Below are positions 52,215 through 62,217 of a DNA stretch of 64,000 bases, one piece after another (positions within the stretch are counted from its first letter, which is position 1; every line of letters begins with the position of its first letter). A model generated the notes under the pieces. It saw only the letters and a program-made list of their open reading frames with translations. It was not told the DNA's origin and searched no databases. The position numbers and the translations under genes are program-made. The DNA lies in contig CP084167.1 of assembly GCA_021513715.1 (NCBI GenBank), forward strand, positions 1,248,001 through 1,312,000, read 5' to 3'. The stretch is from Candidatus Heimdallarchaeum endolithica. GTDB taxonomy: Archaea; Asgardarchaeota; Heimdallarchaeia; Heimdallarchaeales; Heimdallarchaeaceae.

Positions 52215-54062
52215 ATGAAAATACAAACAGAGAATGACATTAGAGGAGAATTTTATAACCCAATAATGGATAAATTCAACAAAAAAACTCATTTCAAATG
52301 GATATTAAGTCACCTTTTCGCTCACAAGAAGTTAGTTTTTTCATTTTTACTCTTTTCTACCATGAGCGCTCTAATCGCTGCTATTATTCCTGTATTAACG
52401 GGGAATGTTGTTAATGCGATATTGGAGAAAGAGAATTGGGAAATTATTAAAAAAACAGCCTTAATTATTTTATTTCTAACCATCATTAGTGGAATTGTAA
52501 GATTTTTTTCAGGATTAATTATTGAAATCGTTAGCCAAAGGTTGGAAAAAGATATTAGAGATGAGTATTATGCTTCAATGCTTTCCAAATCTATGACTTT
52601 TCATGATGAAGTAAAAGCTGGAGATGTTATGGCAAGAGCTACTTTTGATACAAGGATGGTAAACTTTATTGCTAACCCGATACTTAGTTTGCTTTATTCT
52701 GCTTTAGTAAACACATCATTTTCAATAGTTACAATGATTGTTATTAGCCCATATTGGAACTATATGCCAGTTCTTCTTCTTATTCCTTTAGTAATTGCTT
52801 TCCCAATTTATATTACAGCAAAAAGGTACTTTAAAAAAGTAGGACCTATTTCTATGGAAATACAGGAATCATTTTCTAATTTATCTTCATATTTACAAGA
52901 GAAATTGTTAGGGATAATTGTTGTAAAATCTTTTGCTAAGGAAAATTATGAACGAGAGGCATTTAATCAAAAAAACAATTTACTCTCCGATCAAATAATT
53001 ATAAGAGGTAAATTACGTTCTAAATATTATCCTGCTTTAATTATAGGGATAGGAGTCGGATTATCTATAATATGGGGTTCCTTGCTCATTCAATGGGGAT
53101 TATTTAATATTGGAGAACTCATCACTTACTCCCTTCTAGTAGGCAACCTTACTTTTCCAATATGGGTTTTAAGTTGGACACTTGTTTTTATACAAATGAG
53201 TTTTGCAGGAGCAGATAGAATTGTTTCTATTCTCAACAAAGAAACAATTGTTCCTGAATCTCCAGATGCTATTGATTTAGAAATTAAAGGAGATGTAGAA
53301 TTCAAAAATGTTAGTTTTTCCTATGATAACGAAGTAAAAGTTCTGAAAGATATCTCGTTCAAAATTCCTGCAGGAAAAAGATGTGCAATAGTTGGCCCTG
53401 CAGGTTGTGGTAAAACCACAATAATGAAATTACTGACACGACTCTACGATGTTAGTGAAGGAGAAATCTTAATTGACGGTATAAATATTAAGGATTTATC
53501 TTTCAAAACACTAAGAAAAAATATCGGTGTAATTGAACAAGATATTGTATTATTTTCAGCGAGTATTCGAGAAAATATTTCCTATGGAAAACCAGAAGCA
53601 ACAGAGGAAGAGATTATTGAAGCAGCAAAAATGGCTCAAGCACACGAATTCATTATGAAGTTTGATAAACAATATGACACTATTATCGGAGAAAGAGGAA
53701 CTACATTAAGTGGGGGGCAAAAACAGAGAATTGCTATTGCTCGTATGTTATTGTCTAATCCTCAAATTTTAGTTTTTGATGATGCAAGCTCTGCTGTAGA
53801 TTCAGAAACAGAGGATCAAATCAACAGAGCTATTAACAGAGTTCTTGCAAATAGAACTAGTTTTACCATTACTCATAGATTATCAGTTATACGTAACTCT
53901 GATATTATAATAGTTTTGAAAAACGGTGAAATAAAAGCTATAGGCTCTCACGAGCAGTTGTTAAAAAGTTCTGTTGATTATTGGAGAGTTTTTGCACGAT
54001 TTTCTGAAATAAGGAAGATGATGCCCAAGGCAATGCAACATGAACATAAATTAGGTGATTAA
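52215..54062 (+). CDS. ABC exporter, fused permease/ATPase (heterodimer subunit 1)
   Basis: TM domain plus GPAGCGKT and LSGGQKQR; non-canonical Walker B FDDA. Confidence 0.93.
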   Translation: MKIQTENDIRGEFYNPIMDKFNKKTHFKWILSHLFAHKKLVFSFLLFSTMSALIAAIIPVLTGNVVNAILEKENWEIIKKTALIILFLTIISGIVRFFSGLIIEIVSQRLEKDIRDEYYASMLSKSMTFHDEVKAGDVMARATFDTRMVNFIANPILSLLYSALVNTSFSIVTMIVISPYWNYMPVLLLIPLVIAFPIYITAKRYFKKVGPISMEIQESFSNLSSYLQEKLLGIIVVKSFAKENYEREAFNQKNNLLSDQIIIRGKLRSKYYPALIIGIGVGLSIIWGSLLIQWGLFNIGELITYSLLVGNLTFPIWVLSWTLVFIQMSFAGADRIVSILNKETIVPESPDAIDLEIKGDVEFKNVSFSYDNEVKVLKDISFKIPAGKRCAIVGPAGCGKTTIMKLLTRLYDVSEGEILIDGINIKDLSFKTLRKNIGVIEQDIVLFSASIRENISYGKPEATEEEIIEAAKMAQAHEFIMKFDKQYDTIIGERGTTLSGGQKQRIAIARMLLSNPQILVFDDASSAVDSETEDQINRAINRVLANRTSFTITHRLSVIRNSDIIIVLKNGEIKAIGSHEQLLKSSVDYWRVFARFSEIRKMMPKAMQHEHKLGD

Positions 54063-54063
54063 A

Positions 54064-55881
54064 ATGGGTTTTATCCGTGAATTACCAGATGAAAAATATG
54101 ATAGAAAATATGGGGATTTTTATCTCTTTAAACGCCTTTTTGGATATATTGGAAAACATAGACCAAAGACCTTTTTCATAATTATTTTTTGGTTAATTAT
54201 TCAAACATCCACTAACATTGCAATTCCTTATTTTGTAAAATTTGTTATTCAAGGAGCCCAAAATGAAATTTTTGATTTTCTTTTCTATGTTAAAGCTAGT
54301 CTAGTTGTTGTTTTTTATTCAATTTCATGGTTTGCTCAATTTAGAGCAATGTATCATTCTTCAATTTTAACAGGAGAAATGATTAGAAAGATAAGATACG
54401 ATTGTTTTGAAACTCTATTACACAATGATATGAAATTCTATGATGAACATAAAAGTGGAAAACTTGTGAGTAGAGTTACCTCAGACACAGATAATGTTAG
54501 TCAAATGGCCCAAATAACTACTTCATTCCTTATTAATATTCTCGTTATGATCGTAGTTATTGTTTTGTTATTCATCACAAATATCCAATTATCACTTATT
54601 ACCCTCGGGATTGTACCATTCTTAATTATACTAGCTCTTGGGATAAGATCCTTTTCTAGAAAAACATCAAAAAACTGGAGAAAAACCATTGCAATACTTA
54701 ACGCTAACGTCGCTGAATCAATATCAGGAATTGAAGTTACAAAAAGCTTCAACCAAGAAAAAGAAGCTTTTGAACGATTTAAAGAGATTAATAGAAATAA
54801 TTATCGCGCTGCGATTACGAGAGCTTGGGGAATGAGTATCTTTTTTCCAGTAATTGAATCTTTATTTGGTGTTGGTTCCTTTCTTGTGCTGTTTTTTGGA
54901 GGCAAATTAGCCCTAGAGATTGGAAGTATTGATGTTGCAACCTTATATTTCTTTATACTTATGTTAAATAGATTTTTCTTGCCTTTACTTGAAATAACAA
55001 GGTTCTATAACCAATTTGAAGCAGGGCTAGCTGCTGTAGAGCGCATTTTCAGTCTAATGGATAGTAAACCAGAAGTTGTTGAAGACCCTCATCCTGTTTC
55101 TGTTCCAGAGTTTAAAGGAGAAATTCAATTCAAGAACATGTCTTTTTATTATAACCCTCAAGAACCTCTATACGAGAATTTTAATTTAAAGATAGTTCCA
55201 GGAGAGATGATTGCTTTTGTAGGAAAAACAGGAGCAGGAAAAAGTACATTAGTTTCTCTTATAGCCAGATTTTATGATGTAAAGGAAGGAGCTATTCTAG
55301 TAGACGGTGTAGATATTCGCAAATACAAATTACATGATTATAGAAGTAAAATTGGAATTGTACTTCAAGATAATATTTTGTTTAGTGGGACAGTTGAAGA
55401 CAATATTAAATATAGCCGACCAGAAGCTACAAGAGAAGAAGTAATAAAAGCAGCAAAAAATGTTTATGCTTGGGAGTTTATTCAAACACTTCCTAAAGGA
55501 TTAGATACACTTGTGGGAGAGCGAGGTACTAAATTAAGTGCAGGACAAAAACAACTTATTGCTTTTGCTCGAGCATTATTAGCCAATCCTAGAATTTTAA
55601 TTCTAGATGAAGCTACTGCTGCGATAGATGCTTATACTGAATCTCTAATACAAGAAGCATTAAAGGTTCTATTAAAAGGAAGAACAGCAATAGTTATTGC
55701 TCACCGTTTAACTACTGTAGAAACTGCAGATAGAATTATAGTAATTGAAGATGCCAAAATTGTTGAAGAAGGTAACCATGAAGAACTAATGAAAAAAAGA
55801 GGAGTTTATTGGAGACTTTACGATATATACTTTAGACATCAAAGCCTAGAATATATAGAAAAATCCTCTAAACTTGTTTAA
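54064..55881 (+). CDS. ABC exporter, fused permease/ATPase (heterodimer subunit 2)
   Basis: TM domain plus GKTGAGKS, LSAGQKQ, LDEAT and AHRL; GGTGA Shine-Dalgarno before ATG 54064. Confidence 0.93.
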   Translation: MGFIRELPDEKYDRKYGDFYLFKRLFGYIGKHRPKTFFIIIFWLIIQTSTNIAIPYFVKFVIQGAQNEIFDFLFYVKASLVVVFYSISWFAQFRAMYHSSILTGEMIRKIRYDCFETLLHNDMKFYDEHKSGKLVSRVTSDTDNVSQMAQITTSFLINILVMIVVIVLLFITNIQLSLITLGIVPFLIILALGIRSFSRKTSKNWRKTIAILNANVAESISGIEVTKSFNQEKEAFERFKEINRNNYRAAITRAWGMSIFFPVIESLFGVGSFLVLFFGGKLALEIGSIDVATLYFFILMLNRFFLPLLEITRFYNQFEAGLAAVERIFSLMDSKPEVVEDPHPVSVPEFKGEIQFKNMSFYYNPQEPLYENFNLKIVPGEMIAFVGKTGAGKSTLVSLIARFYDVKEGAILVDGVDIRKYKLHDYRSKIGIVLQDNILFSGTVEDNIKYSRPEATREEVIKAAKNVYAWEFIQTLPKGLDTLVGERGTKLSAGQKQLIAFARALLANPRILILDEATAAIDAYTESLIQEALKVLLKGRTAIVIAHRLTTVETADRIIVIEDAKIVEEGNHEELMKKRGVYWRLYDIYFRHQSLEYIEKSSKLV

Positions 55882-56033
55882 ATTCTTTTTTATTCTTAAC
55901 CTAGATGCCCCCTAAGTAAGAAAATTTTCTTTAACAAGATTAAAAAAATAAATATAGGAGTTTTAATACACTTCTATTATCTGTTCGTACTTTGATTAAT
56001 TTTATAAAAAATAATTACAATTATATTTTAGTA

Positions 56034-57173
56034 ATGCACTTAGATCAACCAATTATTCTAGATAGCGGGAGTTCATCTACAAAAGTGGGTTTTAAAAGTG
56101 ATTCTATACCTGTAGATGTCTTTCAAACAGTGATAGGTTACACAGAAGATCTAAGTTCATTAAGACATTCTGATCTTCTCATATATGATTTAGAGTATTA
56201 TATTGGAGAGAGAGCATTGAGTTCAAAAAGAGTAAAAAAATTACTCTACCCAGTTTGGAATCTAGTTATAGATTGGGAAAGTATTGAAAAACTGTGGCAT
56301 TACGCTTTCTTTGACAGATTGCATGTTAATCCAAACTACAACCCAATAATGGTGGTAGAATCATTTTATAGTACTAGAGGACAACAAGAAAAAATAGCTG
56401 AAATTATGTTTGAAGTTTTTTGCGTACCACAGTTGTTATTAAGCAAAAGCCCACTTTTATGCCTATATGCAGCAGGAAAAACAACAGGAGTTATAGTAGA
56501 ATCAAGTGCTTCAATAACTATAGTCGTTCCCATTTATAAAGGAACAATTATTCGCCATGCAATAACTTATTCAAGTATAGGAGGATATTCCATTACTAAA
56601 TATTTACAAAAAATGCTTGGAAATAAATATGCACAGTTAAAACGCCAAAAATTCTCACATCTTATCGATGAACTAAAGAAAAAGCATTGTTATGTTTCTC
56701 TAAATGCAGAAAGAGAAAAGAAGGTTTTTATGAAAACGAAGAAATTTAACAAAGAATTTATTTTGCCTAGTGGTGATATTGGCATAATGGAAGAAGAAAG
56801 ATTTCGAGCTCCTGAACTATTATTTGACCCTTTACTCAATGGACATAATGATGAGCCAATTCAAAATTTAATATTAGAATCAATAAAAAAATGTGATTTA
56901 ACTATACGAAAGGAACTATTAGACAACCTCATTCTTTGTGGAGGAAATACTCTTCTTCATGGTTTTAGGGAAAGATTAGACAAAGAATTAAATCTCCTAT
57001 TTGAAGAAAAATTAGGATTCAAGATTAAATCTTTTGAAAATCGAGAATTCTTTCCTTGGATTGGTGGCAGGATTCTGTGTGAGTATGCTGAAAAAACAGA
57101 TTTATGGCTATCCAGAAAAAAATACTTAGAAACAGGAATAGATTCAGCTCCTTTTCTTAGTTACTTTCTTTAG
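56034..57173 (+). CDS. Divergent actin-related protein (Asgard actin/ARP family)
   Basis: Colinear with eukaryotic actin: IILDSGSSSTKVGF, DWESIEKLWHYAF, EIMFEVF, LYAAGKTTG, VPIYKG, ERFRAPELLFDP, CDLTIRKELLDNLILCGGNT and WIGGRIL. The start is probably ATG 56034. Confidence 0.95.
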   Translation: MHLDQPIILDSGSSSTKVGFKSDSIPVDVFQTVIGYTEDLSSLRHSDLLIYDLEYYIGERALSSKRVKKLLYPVWNLVIDWESIEKLWHYAFFDRLHVNPNYNPIMVVESFYSTRGQQEKIAEIMFEVFCVPQLLLSKSPLLCLYAAGKTTGVIVESSASITIVVPIYKGTIIRHAITYSSIGGYSITKYLQKMLGNKYAQLKRQKFSHLIDELKKKHCYVSLNAEREKKVFMKTKKFNKEFILPSGDIGIMEEERFRAPELLFDPLLNGHNDEPIQNLILESIKKCDLTIRKELLDNLILCGGNTLLHGFRERLDKELNLLFEEKLGFKIKSFENREFFPWIGGRILCEYAEKTDLWLSRKKYLETGIDSAPFLSYFL

Positions 57174-57269
57174 TTAAGTACAAAAACATATTCTATATCC
57201 TAAAAAATTACAATTGCAATATTACAATATTTTAAATAGAAAAATTGAGTAATATTATTTGAATTAATT

Positions 57270-57545
57270 ATGGGTTTAACTTTGGAAAGGTCGTCATTAC
57301 GTCACAGAAAAAGCAATTTAATTAATAATGTAAAAGAGCAATTTGCTAATTTTAATATTATTCTTCAATTTCTTGACTCTAACGACTATTTAAACAGAAG
57401 AATCGGTTTTGCACTCTGCATTCCAAAATATGATAAATTTTCAGATGATTTTAAATTAATCATTAAAAGAAAATGGGCAACTGAAACTCTCAGGAATAAG
57501 ATGGGTGAGAGTTTTACTCAACTTTGTAATAGAATATTTGCTTAA
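57270..57545 (+). CDS. Hypothetical protein
   Basis: 91-aa ORF with an ATG start; no recognised motif. Confidence 0.5.
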   Translation: MGLTLERSSLRHRKSNLINNVKEQFANFNIILQFLDSNDYLNRRIGFALCIPKYDKFSDDFKLIIKRKWATETLRNKMGESFTQLCNRIFA

Positions 57546-57552
57546 TCTAATA

Positions 57553-57658
57553 GTACTTCCGCAATAAGTTGACCGATTTCTATAGGTTAAAATTATAGAC
57601 GTTCATACTATCATTGGCGTGTTCTCAATTCATACTTTTTGAGATAATTCGGAAGTAC
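57553..57658. mobile_element. ~106-bp MITE with a target-site duplication
   Basis: TIR GTACTTCCG/CGGAAGTAC (extendable to 11 bp), flanked by the direct repeat TAATCTAATA (57543-57552 and 57659-57668); internal hairpins. Confidence 0.7.
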
Positions 57659-57713
57659 TAATCTAATAAAAAAAACTTAAAAATCAAAGAGAATATTTTT
57701 TCATGTGGATTTT

Positions 57714-57887
57714 ATGTCGATAAAAAGACCAGATGCATACATTTGTATAGATTGTAATCATCGCTTTAATGATGAAGATAAAATAATGGAAAAAGTTCAA
57801 ATTGACGGCATTTTTACTTTAAAAGTAGTTTGTCCTAAATGTCATTCACCAAACATAAAAACAACTATTTCTGGAAAGACAGAATAG
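57714..57887 (+). CDS. Small zinc-ribbon protein
   Basis: CIDC...CPKCHS; start probably ATG 57714. Confidence 0.7.
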   Translation: MSIKRPDAYICIDCNHRFNDEDKIMEKVQIDGIFTLKVVCPKCHSPNIKTTISGKTE

Positions 57888-57959
57888 AAAAAAAAAGTAA
57901 TACCCCTATATAACCAAGATGATATTTCATTTTTTTAATTATTTAAAGACATTTCACAT

Positions 57960-58133
57960 ATGAAATCTTTGGTAAGTAATGTAGAGATAGACAGTTTAAT
58001 ACTAAGAATGGATGAGGATCTACAGAAATTAGAAAGAGAATTAGAGAGAATAATTAAACAATATCCAAGATATATTGATTCTTCAGCTGAAAAATTATCT
58101 TCTGCTTTAGACAAGTATTATCAAGCTCACTAA
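57960..58133 (+). CDS. Small helical-hairpin protein (57 aa; not in the ORF track)
   Basis: MKSLVSNVEIDSLILRMDEDLQKLERELERIIKQYPRYIDSSAEKLSSALDKYYQAH*, with an AT-rich TATA-like sequence upstream. Confidence 0.55.
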   Translation: MKSLVSNVEIDSLILRMDEDLQKLERELERIIKQYPRYIDSSAEKLSSALDKYYQAH

Positions 58134-58229
58134 ATATTAAATTATTGTTATCTATTAGCTCTTTATTCTCTATTTATTTATAAATTTCCGCAACAAATTT
58201 ATAGAGAATCAAATGTCACTGTACTTACC

Positions 58230-59198
58230 TTGAAAGCTTTAAAAATAATAATTCCATCTGAAAAAGCAGACATTGTTAGAGAGTTACTAACCAATCTTAA
58301 AATTCAATTTTCATCCATAAAAATGGAGAATGAAACACAGATTGAGTTAATTGTTAACCAAGACCAGACTAGCATTTTACTTGAAGAATTAAAAGGAATC
58401 GGTGTAGGAACTGTTTTCGGTCAGATACAGATATTTCCAGTATCCTTATCAGTAGAAAGTAAAGTTTCAAAATTTGTTCAAAAAGGCAAAAGTATTAGCA
58501 TTGATGAGATGATAAGTAACACAAAAGGACTTGGGATTTTAAGTACTCATTTTGTTTTATTGTGCATTTTTGCAGGGTTATTAGCTGCTTTTGGTTTATT
58601 ATTTGATAATGTAATCATTATTATTGCCAGTATGATTATTGCACCTTTGCTTGGACCTATAGCTTTAGCTGTTATTGGGACTTTACTTCCTAAAAATGTT
58701 TACTCTAAAAAGGCATTTCTTGCAGAGTTCATTGGTTTAACAACTTGTTTAGTTATTGGATTGTTAGTGGGATTAATAATACCTCTAGAAAATTTAACAA
58801 ATCAAATCACTATTAGAACATCACCAGGAATCCCTGATATCGTCTTTGCAATAGTTAGCGGTTTAGCAGCAGGAATATTCATTATAAGAGGAGAATCTAC
58901 TAACATTGTAGGAGTTGCAGTAGCTGCATCCTTATGTCCTCCTGCTACTAATGTAGGAGTTTTATTAGCGAAACAAGAATGGTGGATGGCTCTTGGATCT
59001 TTTGTTCTCTTGATTCTAAACGTTTTTTCTATTTATGCAGCTTGTGCTCTTATTTTTTGGATTACTCAATCATTTGTTAGAGGAGGTTCAATCTCAGAAA
59101 GACAATTCAAAAAAATCACTCAAAAATACTATATTCGAATCTTAGCTGCAATCTTTCTTCTAATATTGATTATTGTAATAATCATATTATTCTATTAA
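58230..59198 (+). CDS. DUF389 / TIGR00341 family membrane protein
   Basis: IIASMIIAPLLGP, RTSP and VGVAVAASLCPPA motifs. Confidence 0.88.
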   Translation: MKALKIIIPSEKADIVRELLTNLKIQFSSIKMENETQIELIVNQDQTSILLEELKGIGVGTVFGQIQIFPVSLSVESKVSKFVQKGKSISIDEMISNTKGLGILSTHFVLLCIFAGLLAAFGLLFDNVIIIIASMIIAPLLGPIALAVIGTLLPKNVYSKKAFLAEFIGLTTCLVIGLLVGLIIPLENLTNQITIRTSPGIPDIVFAIVSGLAAGIFIIRGESTNIVGVAVAASLCPPATNVGVLLAKQEWWMALGSFVLLILNVFSIYAACALIFWITQSFVRGGSISERQFKKITQKYYIRILAAIFLLILIIVIIILFY

Positions 59199-59208
59199 AA
59201 AAGTGAGG

Positions 59209-62200
59209 TTAACCCTCTAGATATTTTTTAGCTTTATTTATAGCATTAAGAGCTGTTTTTTCGCCTACACCTTTTATTTTTACTAAATCTCCAATTTCTG
59301 CATGTGCTATTTTTTCTAATGAGTTATATCCTGCATTTATAATAGGTTGCACCCTTTTACCAAGGATGGTTATAATACTGGAAACTTCGTTATTTTCTTT
59401 TTTAGGTTGAGTAGGAACTTGTGTAATTTGTTGAGGGGCAGATTCAGTAGAAGGTTGAACTACATGTTCAGTAGAAGGTTGAACTACATGTTCAGTAGAA
59501 GGTTGAACTACATGTTCAGTAGAAGGTTGAACTACATGTTCAGTAGAAGGTTCATCAGGAGATGGTGTAGATGGTTGAACAGAAGGTTTAGCGAACTCTA
59601 TTACTTTTTCTTGTGTAGTTGTCTGTGATTCTGCTATCTTTTCTTTTACAGAAACAGCTTCAATTTCTTGTTCTGCATCAACAACTTGAACTTCTGGTTT
59701 AATTATTGGTGTCTCTACAGCTGTTTTCTGTTTTACTTCTTCCAATGTATCTTGTTTTTCTTGAACGATATACAATCTTTCATTAACAAGTTCTAGTTTA
59801 GCTTTAATTTCACCTTTCATTATCATTTCATATATTAATTTCTCAGCTTTTTCAGTAGTTAATCCTGATTGTTCAGCGAAAATATCTAGGGATATAGATC
59901 CTACTTTGGAAAGGCTACGCTTATATGATTCTTTTATTAACAAAGACTGTACCTCTTTAGGTAACTTCAGACCATGCAAAGCGTTTTTTAACTGTTCAAT
60001 ATTTGTTTCTTGATATGCTTTCATTATATCAAAAACTATATGTTGAAAACCTTGAGTAAAACTTCCACTTTTTATTATAGATGTAAATAAATCAAAATCT
60101 TCCTCTTTAAAGATTTGAACGAGTTCTAGCCCTATAATATGTGCATCTAGCATTGATATCATGGAAACAAGTCTTCTTAATTTCATTTGATTTTTTTCTT
60201 CTTTCTTTAATTCTTCATACAAAATGCTCAAGAGAGTATTACTGATTGCTTTTCTAGTTTTCTCGCTACAAGGAAAGAAATCTCTAACTATTAGCCTCAG
60301 TTTTTCTTCTATATAAAAATCATCAAATTCAATGTACTTCAAAATAAATTCTTTTACTACTTCTTCTCCAACAGGATAGGATTTTCCTATTATAAGAGAA
60401 GCTTTTTCTGATAACTCAATAAAACTTTCATACTCTGCGGAGAATATTGTTTCTTCAAGGAGCTCCTTAAATTTCTCAATATAATATGCTGGCTTGTGAG
60501 CTGCTAAATATGTTATTATATTAGTCAGCTTTGATTCTGTACTAAATTCCATGGATATAGTTAATCTCTCCATTAGTATTTTGTATATTTTATCAACTAG
60601 CATTTCATTGTTTTGAAGCGACAATAAATCAGAGAAAGCTATTTCTACCCCGATATCGTTGGACAAGATTGCTCTATCAATATATGCATTTATAATACTT
60701 TCATCAGCTTCAAGTGAATTAATGTCTTGAAGTTCTGCTTTTTCGATTTCATCAATACCAGGAAGAAAGAATTCTACTCTTTTTTCTTCTTGTTTAACAA
60801 CAGGAATCTCTTCTGGAAATCTTACAAGTTCAGAAGCTGATTTCTCCTTTTTCTCTACAGTTTCTTCACTTCCATCTACTTCCATTTCAAACTGATTAAC
60901 TATATTATCATTAATATCGATAAAATCAACTATTTCAGACAAATCTTCTTTTAGTTCATCCCTCATATCAAAAGAATTACTAGAAACAGCAGTGCTTTTC
61001 ACGCTTTTCTCTTCTTTTCCTTTTTCAGAAATAATAGATTGTTCTTCAATACTTACTTCAGCTTCTTTAATATCGGTACTTTCTCCAATTTCTTTTTCTT
61101 TTTCTTCTTCAGTTTCAGTTTCTATAACTTCTTTATCTTCCTTATCTTGAATAACTGTATCTGTAAAACGGGAACTTAACAAGTTAACTATTTTATCTCC
61201 AAAACCTTCCTTTATTTCAACAGGTTCCATGTAGACTGATTCTGGTTCTATTTCTATTGAACGTAAAATTAGCTCTAAAAACTCATGTGATTGCATTCTT
61301 TCTGAACTTAAATTATCTACTAAAACTGTTATTCCTGCTTCTCTCAATTTTGCTACTTGGGAACTATCTTTTTTATCTATTATTATTGTATCAACGACAT
61401 TCCCAATTAAGTTAACAAAATTAACAAGAGTGGGTTCGAAATTACTCTTTTTCAAAATCGCTTTTTCAAGTTCTAAATTGTTGTTTTCTTCGATAAAAGG
61501 GGATATAATAGCAATCTCACCAGAAGTTTTCTTCAAAGTCTCTCTAAAAGATGAGGATTGAAAAACCAAAAAAAGTGAAATTAAGTCACTAGGCACAATA
61601 ATGATTCCAGGGGCTTGCTCAATTTTCTTTGAAACGATAGGATTGATCTTTAATTTGTTTATTTCATCAATGTCTATAATTCCTGTAATATTGTTAATTA
61701 TTTCTTCATTTATTTTTCCATTTTTTTTCTCTTCCTGTTGTTTGCTATATTTAAGTAATAACTGCCTAACAGGAATCTCAATGTCTCCCTCTTTTACATG
61801 AATCTGCCTAATTTCGTCAAAAAGAGGATAAATAAACTCTTTTTCAAAAATTATTTTTGAAATATTTTTCCAAACTTCAGTTAGGTTTTTAGTTTGCTGA
61901 TTAACATTTGTTGCATATTTTGAGAAAAGATAATTGAGAGTACTTAAGTGAAGAGGGTTATAAAATTCAAAGAATTGGCCTAAAGTTTCAAAAACATTTA
62001 CTGACTCCATGCTTCTTTTTGCTTTTTGAGTAATTATATTGATAAATTCTAGGTGGTAATCAAGAATTTTCGATGGATCAGCATGGTAAATAGAAAAATC
62101 ACAAACTGTATTAGTTATATATGTTACAGCTATATTATCCCTTTCGATCATAGCAGACAAAAAAGGGTGCAATTTTGAACCGATACTTATTACAACTACT

Positions 62201-62217
62201 TCTTGATTCGAAGACAT
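59209..62217 (-). CDS. Multidomain protein: degenerate CofD/YvcK-like domain, acidic linker, helical/PCI winged helix, tandem repeats and C-terminal HhH
   Basis: CofD-like IEQAPGIIIVPSD...IAIISPF...DTIIIDKKD; PCI-like SISLDIFAEQSGLTTEKAEKLIYEMIMKGEIKAKLE; HhH GYNSLEKIAHA...IKGVGEKTA. Confidence 0.7.
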   Translation of the reverse strand: MSSNQEVVVISIGSKLHPFLSAMIERDNIAVTYITNTVCDFSIYHADPSKILDYHLEFINIITQKAKRSMESVNVFETLGQFFEFYNPLHLSTLNYLFSKYATNVNQQTKNLTEVWKNISKIIFEKEFIYPLFDEIRQIHVKEGDIEIPVRQLLLKYSKQQEEKKNGKINEEIINNITGIIDIDEINKLKINPIVSKKIEQAPGIIIVPSDLISLFLVFQSSSFRETLKKTSGEIAIISPFIEENNNLELEKAILKKSNFEPTLVNFVNLIGNVVDTIIIDKKDSSQVAKLREAGITVLVDNLSSERMQSHEFLELILRSIEIEPESVYMEPVEIKEGFGDKIVNLLSSRFTDTVIQDKEDKEVIETETEEEKEKEIGESTDIKEAEVSIEEQSIISEKGKEEKSVKSTAVSSNSFDMRDELKEDLSEIVDFIDINDNIVNQFEMEVDGSEETVEKKEKSASELVRFPEEIPVVKQEEKRVEFFLPGIDEIEKAELQDINSLEADESIINAYIDRAILSNDIGVEIAFSDLLSLQNNEMLVDKIYKILMERLTISMEFSTESKLTNIITYLAAHKPAYYIEKFKELLEETIFSAEYESFIELSEKASLIIGKSYPVGEEVVKEFILKYIEFDDFYIEEKLRLIVRDFFPCSEKTRKAISNTLLSILYEELKKEEKNQMKLRRLVSMISMLDAHIIGLELVQIFKEEDFDLFTSIIKSGSFTQGFQHIVFDIMKAYQETNIEQLKNALHGLKLPKEVQSLLIKESYKRSLSKVGSISLDIFAEQSGLTTEKAEKLIYEMIMKGEIKAKLELVNERLYIVQEKQDTLEEVKQKTAVETPIIKPEVQVVDAEQEIEAVSVKEKIAESQTTTQEKVIEFAKPSVQPSTPSPDEPSTEHVVQPSTEHVVQPSTEHVVQPSTEHVVQPSTESAPQQITQVPTQPKKENNEVSSIITILGKRVQPIINAGYNSLEKIAHAEIGDLVKIKGVGEKTALNAINKAKKYLEG
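59443..59552. repeat. Intragenic 24-bp tandem repeat (4.6 copies; PSTEHVVQ)
   Basis: Identical units TTCAGTAGAAGGTTGAACTACATG at 59443, 59467, 59491 and 59515, with a partial unit at 59539. Confidence 0.97.

Noticed and set aside
59443-59552. CRISPR-like array
   Set aside because: The units are head-to-tail with no spacers and lie in frame within a gene.
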